From positions 1-58,479 of the IMG/VR virus record IMGVR_UViG_3300005829_000002: a stretch of DNA of 58,479 nucleotides; one strand, written 5' to 3'. Made by a program: the position numbers and the translations under genes. The notes beneath the pieces are model-generated. The model did no database searches and had not been told where the DNA came from. It saw only the letters and a program-made list of their open reading frames with translations. This document shows positions 52,799 to 58,479 of the stretch, one piece after another; within the stretch, counting starts at the first letter, position 1, and every line of letters begins with the position of its first letter. Source of the stretch: a virus.

Positions 52799-54211
52799 AT
52801 GAAAATTAAAGAAATTAAGTTAAGCAATTTTGCAAAATATAATGAGGTTAATGTATCATTTGATGAAAATGTGACCTACCTCATAGGGTCTAATGGGGCT
52901 GGTAAAAGCACTTTGGGCATAACCGCAATATGGTTTATGTTTCAAGGAATCGCCGAAAAAGCATCAGGCGGCAACAATCCATTGATCGGTGAACGCTTTC
53001 GTTTCATCGGCCCTAAATCCGCAACGGCCAAAGGTGAAATGATCCTGCATGATGAAAAGACCGGGCTTGATATTAAGGTCATCCGTAAGCTCACGAAATC
53101 CGGCAGCAATCTATCATTTGAGGCTCCGGAAGGTTATGAACTAGGTCAACAATGGCTCACGGACCTATTTAATATTTTCCTTATTGCTCCGAAGAAATTC
53201 TGTGAGTTATCAGCAAAGGACCAGGCAACGGCCCTCGGCATCGACACAAAAAAATTTGACGATGAAATGGCAACGCTAAAAGAACAGTTCACCGAAATCA
53301 ATGCTGTGTACCGTTCATATGGCGAAATCCCGGAAGTAGAGAAAGTTGAGAAAGTTGATGTAAGCGCATTGCAAGCGCAGAAGGAGGCCGTCAGGGTGAA
53401 GCTGAATGATCAATATTTAGCTAACAAAAAAGTGAATGAGGATTTAATTTTAGCTTATAATAAAGAAGATGAAAAGGCGCAGGAAGAATATGAGGAAGCG
53501 AAGCGGGATATGGAAAAAAAGAATAATAGAATTGATAAAAGCAAAAATCTATTAGACTTATTAATTGCAGAGGGTTACGAAGGCAAAGAAGTTTCCACCT
53601 GGATAGACTCGCTGCCTTACATAAGAATGGTATCAAAGCGTGAGGTTTCTAAACCTGCATGTATACCAGAACTCCCCGATGACAGCGAACTCAAAGCCAT
53701 TGATCAACAAATCATTGATGCCAACAAGACCAACCAGGATGCGCTTCTTTATGAACAATACATGCAGAAGAAAGAACAGAAGTCTGCTAAAGAATCTGAA
53801 CTGAAGGTTAACAAAGACAAGCAAACAGCCAAAGAATCTGAACGCCTGGAATACATTAAGTCATTTAAATTCCCATTCTCGAACCTTTCAGTAGGCGAAG
53901 ATGGCGAATTGCTTCTCAATGGCAAGCCGATAAAGGCCGAGTATTTTTCAACTGGGGAATTACTCAAGATTATACCGGTTCTTATTGCAACTACTCAGCC
54001 CGAATTGAAATATGTATTCCTGCAGGACTTCAATCTTATGGACGAAGATAAACAGAAGGAGATCGAAGAATACCTGACTGGTAAAGGGTTCCAGCTTGTT
54101 GTTGAGATGGTAGGCAAAACGAAGGTGGCTGATAAGAATTGCATCCTGCTCCGCGATAACGTGGTGGTTGAGAATTATGAGGAAGTGGCTGGAGAGGCTA
54201 TCAGTATTTAA
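52799..54211 (+). CDS. SMC/SbcC/RecF-like AAA ATPase
   Basis: IKEIKLSNFAKY...LIGSNGAGKSTL Walker A. A central coiled coil. VFLQDFNLMDE Walker B. Confidence 0.7.
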   Translation: MKIKEIKLSNFAKYNEVNVSFDENVTYLIGSNGAGKSTLGITAIWFMFQGIAEKASGGNNPLIGERFRFIGPKSATAKGEMILHDEKTGLDIKVIRKLTKSGSNLSFEAPEGYELGQQWLTDLFNIFLIAPKKFCELSAKDQATALGIDTKKFDDEMATLKEQFTEINAVYRSYGEIPEVEKVEKVDVSALQAQKEAVRVKLNDQYLANKKVNEDLILAYNKEDEKAQEEYEEAKRDMEKKNNRIDKSKNLLDLLIAEGYEGKEVSTWIDSLPYIRMVSKREVSKPACIPELPDDSELKAIDQQIIDANKTNQDALLYEQYMQKKEQKSAKESELKVNKDKQTAKESERLEYIKSFKFPFSNLSVGEDGELLLNGKPIKAEYFSTGELLKIIPVLIATTQPELKYVFLQDFNLMDEDKQKEIEEYLTGKGFQLVVEMVGKTKVADKNCILLRDNVVVENYEEVAGEAISI

Positions 54212-54236
54212 TTCCTTCAAAACTAAAATTAAAAAC

Positions 54237-54797
54237 ATGTCTAAAAAGACCCTGCCCCCGATTCACCTTGCATGCAGCGATGATGAATTAAGACCGGCCC
54301 TAAACCTGGTTGAGATTATTGACGGAATAGCAACAGCAACCAATGGGGATATTATTGCCCGCATGAACCTGGGTGCATATTCCAAGCTTGATGAAACGAC
54401 TATTAAATTGCTGAATGGAAAACTTATTCATCGTGATGTTTGGGAAAGCTGTATTGATGCGGATATCCTTACGATTGATGGGGATAGTATTCATATGGAT
54501 AAGGGCGGCATTAAAGCAACTTTCGATATTGCCACGGCTTTGAAATTTCCAGATCATCATAAAATCATTCAAGCTGTTGCCAATAGCTTATTTGATGATA
54601 AGTCATATGTTTGTTTCAACCCGAAATTTATTGCCATTGCCGCAAAGTTGTTTCCATCCGAAAGCCTGATCTGCCGGTTCTATGAAAATAACGATATGAT
54701 GGTGTTCTTCCCATCCGGTGATGCAAAAGGATTCATGGGAATAATGCCAATGAAGATTACGGCAGAAGAAGCTACTATGGATTTTTCATTAACATGA
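54237..54797 (+). CDS. hypothetical protein
   Basis: ATG at 54237 (MSKKTLPPIHL...). Family not recognised. Confidence 0.5.
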   Translation: MSKKTLPPIHLACSDDELRPALNLVEIIDGIATATNGDIIARMNLGAYSKLDETTIKLLNGKLIHRDVWESCIDADILTIDGDSIHMDKGGIKATFDIATALKFPDHHKIIQAVANSLFDDKSYVCFNPKFIAIAAKLFPSESLICRFYENNDMMVFFPSGDAKGFMGIMPMKITAEEATMDFSLT

Positions 54798-54834
54798 TCT
54801 GGAAATAATTTGTAGTGACCCAACCCCGCGTTAT

Positions 54835-55266
54835 ATGTTAGATACAAGAGTGAAAGAAATCCTGCAAGAGTGCGAAAGTAGAATCAAAAAGGTTACAAAT
54901 GATGATTCTATTTCTATTATGATATTTTCAAAAAGGAAACAACCGAAGTTATCTTTCGATGATATAATTGAATTTGTATGCAAAGTTACCGGGGAAAGCA
55001 AGTTGGATGTAATGAAAGTAAGTCGCAAAAGAGAATTGGTAACTAACCGGCAATTGATAATTTATTTTTCATACAATTATTGTAGATTAAGTAAGTCTGA
55101 AATAGGTAGAAGATTAGACCAAGATCATACTACAATTATGGCTGCTTTAAAAAAAGTAAATAATTTTTTGAAGAATGGCGATGAAATTATTTGCACATAT
55201 GTAACTGAAGTAAACAATATTATTTATTCTTTAACCATAAACCATGACCGACCGCCAACAACTTGA
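54835..55266 (+). CDS. DnaA domain IV-like DNA-binding protein (stand-alone)
   Basis: SRKRELVTNRQLIIYFSYNYCRLSKSEIGRRLDQDHTTIMAALKKV parallels the DnaA C-terminal HTH (R..RQ.A.Y...S...IG....DHTTV.HA). Confidence 0.6.
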   Translation: MLDTRVKEILQECESRIKKVTNDDSISIMIFSKRKQPKLSFDDIIEFVCKVTGESKLDVMKVSRKRELVTNRQLIIYFSYNYCRLSKSEIGRRLDQDHTTIMAALKKVNNFLKNGDEIICTYVTEVNNIIYSLTINHDRPPTT

Positions 55267-55474
55267 GCGACTTATGGCAATGGTAGAACAAGCCAGGGAA
55301 GCGCAGAGAGCCCATTACGAAATAAAAAGGAAGGGCAATGGCGATCAGATAAAGAAGGCGCTATCAGAGCTTCGAATGAAGTGGGATGCTGTTGATAATT
55401 TATTTAAGGCTTTGCGGGAACAGGGGTATGTACCGACGAAACACGCTGAGGCCGATCAATCCAAAATGTTTTAA
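55244..55474 (+). CDS. hypothetical helical protein
   Basis: 76-aa ORF. Confidence 0.4.
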   Translation: MTDRQQLERLMAMVEQAREAQRAHYEIKRKGNGDQIKKALSELRMKWDAVDNLFKALREQGYVPTKHAEADQSKMF

Positions 55475-55524
55475 CCGTTTTTAATCCGTGCCTCAACCAG
55501 TACTCCAACCTTAAAAAACTGACT

Positions 55525-55938
55525 GTGGCGAATAAAACTTATAGAGAAAAATTACTTGATCCGCGCTGGCAACGACGTAGGTTAGAAATATTTAATCGTG
55601 ATAATTTCACCTGTCAGAAATGTGGGGATAATAATAATACACTCAGTGTTCATCACCGCTGGTATGCGTTCGGCAAAGAGCCATGGGAATATCCGGATGA
55701 TATTTTAGTAACACTATGCGATAGTTGCCACAAGGAAGAAGAAAAGGCAAAAGACAACCAACGATTCATAAGGAATGCATTTCTGATTTGCGGTTATTAT
55801 AATACCGAGCTGAACCAATTAGCAGATGATATAATTTATAGCATTGGCGAACTGGGTAAGGAAGGTTTTAATACGCTTATTAAAGAGATAGCAGAAAAGG
55901 AAAGATCAAGGGAAAGAACAAAACCTGAAAAAGCGTAG
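55525..55938 (+). CDS. HNH endonuclease-like protein
   Basis: CQKCGDNNNTLSVHHRWY ... LCDSCHKEEE. GTG start. Confidence 0.55.
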   Translation: MANKTYREKLLDPRWQRRRLEIFNRDNFTCQKCGDNNNTLSVHHRWYAFGKEPWEYPDDILVTLCDSCHKEEEKAKDNQRFIRNAFLICGYYNTELNQLADDIIYSIGELGKEGFNTLIKEIAEKERSRERTKPEKA

Positions 55939-55940
55939 CA

Positions 55941-56726
55941 ATGGCACGACCAACCAGGCAAGGGATTGACTATTTCCCTTATGATGTAGATCTCGACCAG
56001 GATGATAAATTAGGAATGATTATAGGGGAGTTTCAAATTAAAGGCGAAATACTATTTACAAAACTTTGTGCTTGGATTTATAAGACGAACGGATATTATA
56101 CTGAATGGAATGAAGAAGTACAACTGAGGTTCCTGAGACGTTACGATTATTGTGGCTTCTCAGTGAGTTTCACAAATGAGGTTGTACCGAGGTTAATCAA
56201 GTGGGGTTTATTTGATAAAACCGTGTTTGATTCGTTTCACATTCTAACCTCAGCACGTATCCAACAAACATGGCAAGAGGCAACACGCAAGCGCAAAGAC
56301 TGTGTAATTGATATAAGATATCGCGTTTCTATAGTTATTGACGCCGGTAAGACGGAAGAAACTAATGAAAAGACGGAAGAAACTCCACAAAGTAAACTAA
56401 AGGAGAGTAAACTAAAAGAAAGTAAAGTAGAGCCGCCACCTGAAAAAAGCGATTACGGTGAAGTAAGTCAATGCTACGATATCGAAAAGGAACTCATTAA
56501 CAACCAAATTTATTTTCAAAAAATTTGCATGGCAGCGCAAAAAGACGAAGAGACCGGGCGCCGGGTTTTGAAAAAATATCACTTAAGCATGATTGAAAAT
56601 GACAGATACCCTCGATCAAAAAGGTCGCTTTGTGCTGGGTTTGAAAAATGGTTGATGGACGAAAAATCTCATCGCAATGTTAAACAAGGAACTAAACAAA
56701 TTGGCCGCGACTTTATCCCCGACTGA
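55941..56726 (+). CDS. DUF4373 (Lin1244/Lin1753-like) replication initiation protein
   Basis: GIDYFPYDVDLDQDDKLGMIIGEFQIKGEILFTKL is typical of the family N-terminus. Confidence 0.65.
   Translation: MARPTRQGIDYFPYDVDLDQDDKLGMIIGEFQIKGEILFTKLCAWIYKTNGYYTEWNEEVQLRFLRRYDYCGFSVSFTNEVVPRLIKWGLFDKTVFDSFHILTSARIQQTWQEATRKRKDCVIDIRYRVSIVIDAGKTEETNEKTEETPQSKLKESKLKESKVEPPPEKSDYGEVSQCYDIEKELINNQIYFQKICMAAQKDEETGRRVLKKYHLSMIENDRYPRSKRSLCAGFEKWLMDEKSHRNVKQGTKQIGRDFIPD
56349..56432 (+). repeat. iteron-like direct repeats inside the DUF4373 gene
   Basis: AAGACGGAAGAAACT x2 (56349-63, 56370-84). AGTAAACTAAAGGAG / AGTAAACTAAAAGAA / AGTAAAGTAGAG in tandem (56391-432). Confidence 0.6.
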
Positions 56727-57594
56727 CCCAATCCACTTGGACCCTTACTTACTAACTCCCGGTGAAGAAGAAAGGGCGGTGGAAATTGCTGTTGAGCAGG
56801 CTAAAAAGTTCATGGCTTGGAAGATGCGAAAAGTTTTGAAAACCGAAGACGAGATTTGCCATAAAATATCGCTCATTGACTGGAATAAAAAGGTGAACCG
56901 GGATGAGATTTTAGCAAAAGCGAATGCGTTGAAGAATCAGGAAGTATGGCATAGGGCCCAAAGAGAGGCTGATAAGATGCGCGAAGCTGACCAACTGAGG
57001 GAATTGGCTGCATATTGGACATATGGCCGCATTTATCAGCTGATGAAGTATAACAGCCTGCATATGTTCGGAAAGGAACTCGATGAAACGCCAGGTAACC
57101 TACCCGCCATAAAGGCCCTTTGTTTTTTTTTAAGCCGCGATGACAGATTCGCTACTGACCTTGGATTTGATCGATTAAAGGGGTTATTAATTCGCGGTCC
57201 TTCGGATACCGGAAAAACGCATCTCGTCCGCTGTGTTGAAGACAATGGGCTAAATCCAATCAACTCGCTCTCTATGCTTGATATTACCGAAAAAATAAAA
57301 GCGGATGGTAAATATCAAATCGAAAACAAAGGCCAAAAAATTATATATCTCGATGATGTTGGAACTGAAGAAGCGATGATAAAATTTTACGGTACAACCA
57401 ATCTATGGTTCAAAGTCTTTATCGAAACGGTATATCATAGAACTAAATGCTTTAATCACCTAATCATTTCTACTAATTTGAATTTTAGCGAAATCGGTGA
57501 GCAATATGGATTTCGAGTTGAAAGCCGAATGCGTGAGATGTTCAATGTTATAGACATGAAAGGTGGTGGATATAGAAATAAAAAATCACAATGA
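56677..57594 (+). CDS. DnaC-like AAA ATPase (helicase loader candidate)
   Basis: LLIRGPSDTGKTHL Walker A and IIYLDDVG Walker B. Follows the initiator gene. Confidence 0.6.
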   Translation: MLNKELNKLAATLSPTDPIHLDPYLLTPGEEERAVEIAVEQAKKFMAWKMRKVLKTEDEICHKISLIDWNKKVNRDEILAKANALKNQEVWHRAQREADKMREADQLRELAAYWTYGRIYQLMKYNSLHMFGKELDETPGNLPAIKALCFFLSRDDRFATDLGFDRLKGLLIRGPSDTGKTHLVRCVEDNGLNPINSLSMLDITEKIKADGKYQIENKGQKIIYLDDVGTEEAMIKFYGTTNLWFKVFIETVYHRTKCFNHLIISTNLNFSEIGEQYGFRVESRMREMFNVIDMKGGGYRNKKSQ

Positions 57595-57938
57595 AAAAAC
57601 TCATCCTCCTCATTTTCTTCTCCGGCTCCCTGGATTCGTTCAGCCAGGTATATTGCGATACCGCTGGCTTAGAATTAAAATATTTAAAAGCAACTAGGGT
57701 ATCTGATGGACCGATGTTTATTAATTCGGGTACTGTCATTTGGTTAAAACCTATAGCTATCCCCGACACCCTCCGCGCGACCCTTATCGTTTATCACGAC
57801 AGCGACAATTCGATCGTTCACACGATGCCGGGGTTTGTCGTGCGGGAGTTCGTAAAAGATGATGTTTACCTGGATGACAGGAAAAGATTGATTAAGGCAC
57901 CGATGGAGGTGCTAACGTATAAATTGAAAAATCATTAA
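57591..57938 (+). CDS. secreted protein (signal peptide)
   Basis: MKKLILLIFFSGSLDSFSQV. Confidence 0.5.
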   Translation: MKKLILLIFFSGSLDSFSQVYCDTAGLELKYLKATRVSDGPMFINSGTVIWLKPIAIPDTLRATLIVYHDSDNSIVHTMPGFVVREFVKDDVYLDDRKRLIKAPMEVLTYKLKNH

Positions 57939-57942
57939 ATCT

Positions 57943-58155
57943 ATGGCAAAGAAAAAAGAAGTAGGTAAGAGACAGCCTGAATTGCAGGAGATAATTGATA
58001 AGCTGGATATTTATAGAAAACAATTGTCAGAAAATAAAAAGATCGGTAGCATGAAATTTCAGCACATGCAAGCAGCTCTACATTGGGCGAAGCAAATTAT
58101 CAGAGATTGTTATGAGGCACCAAGGGAAAAAAATGCTGTGGCATGGATGAAGTAA
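57943..58155 (+). CDS. hypothetical protein
   Basis: 70-aa ORF. Confidence 0.45.
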   Translation: MAKKKEVGKRQPELQEIIDKLDIYRKQLSENKKIGSMKFQHMQAALHWAKQIIRDCYEAPREKNAVAWMK

Positions 58156-58469
58156 AACATATTCCCCTCACCAAAGCGCACATCCGCGCCTCAGCCATTA
58201 AGGAACTGACCTGGAAGGGATACGATGTTTGGATTAACAACAATATCGCAGTACGCAGAAGGGCATTCATAGGGCGGCTCGGTGTCAGCGACATAATTGG
58301 AATCACGAAAGATGGCAGGTGGGTTGTGGCAGAGGTCAAGACGCTCAACGATCGCCTTTCGCCCGATCAGATCACTTTCCTCAATGACGTAAAGAAAACC
58401 GGTGGTGAGGCTTATATCGCCTGTCAGGTGGGGAATCAGGTGGAGTTGAAGGAGTGGAAGGTACAATAA
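58143..58469 (+). CDS. VRR-NUC domain nuclease
   Basis: GVSDIIGITKDGRWVVAEVKT...LSPDQITFLNDVKKTGGEAYIA (D ... E-x-K and the Q-helix typical of VRR-NUC). Confidence 0.7.
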   Translation: MDEVKHIPLTKAHIRASAIKELTWKGYDVWINNNIAVRRRAFIGRLGVSDIIGITKDGRWVVAEVKTLNDRLSPDQITFLNDVKKTGGEAYIACQVGNQVELKEWKVQ

Positions 58470-58479
58470 TTTAAAACTA
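58360..58479. repeat. Terminal direct repeat, right copy (identical to 1..120)
   Basis: Base-by-base comparison. Confidence 0.95.

Noticed and set aside
1-58479. CRISPR arrays, rRNA genes, IS elements or transposases.
   Set aside because: I saw no regularly spaced repeat array, no rRNA-like conserved blocks and no transposase-like ORF. The only recombinase recognised is the phage integrase.

Overview
The first 120 nt are identical to the last 120 nt (1..120 = 58360..58479). The window is therefore one complete, circularly closed or terminally redundant tailed-phage genome with a unit length of about 58.36 kb. It looks like a temperate siphovirus-like phage. A Bacteroidota host is suggested by the integrase type, a DUF4373 replication protein and TAnnTTTG promoter boxes, but this is inference only.

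Layout, rightward (+) strand: cro-like gene (46964), small early genes, a tRNA-like structured gap (about 49.0-49.4 kb), then micro-ORFs. Next come an annealase/exonuclease pair, an SMC-like ATPase, a DnaA-domain-IV protein, HNH, DUF4373, a DnaC-like ATPase and VRR-NUC. Across the wrap point follow small unknown genes, an MmcB-like nuclease and two XRE HTH proteins, then terminase small and large subunits (4648-6598). Then comes a 7.8 kb operon of about 7 glycosyltransferase-like and 3 methyltransferase genes plus a Com-like Zn-ribbon gene (7090-14938), bracketed by intrinsic terminators. After that: portal, prohead protease and major capsid protein (15023-18811), tail genes with a 1157-aa tape measure, a 1123-aa BNR/Asp-box tail protein, a lysis cassette with a GH19 endolysin, and a beta-helix/PA14/PKD protein.

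Layout, leftward (-) strand: small genes separated by a repeated intercistronic element (40.1-43.2 kb). Then an attP-like region and a tyrosine integrase (+, 43598-44737). Then an AT-rich moron locus with a 344-aa coiled-coil protein and a lipoprotein, each with its own terminator, and a CI-like repressor (46384-46845).

The main candidate for an undescribed system is the glycosylation/methylation operon inside the morphogenesis module. No CRISPR array, rRNA or canonical tRNA was seen. All family calls rest on motif recognition by eye and need HMM or structure searches.
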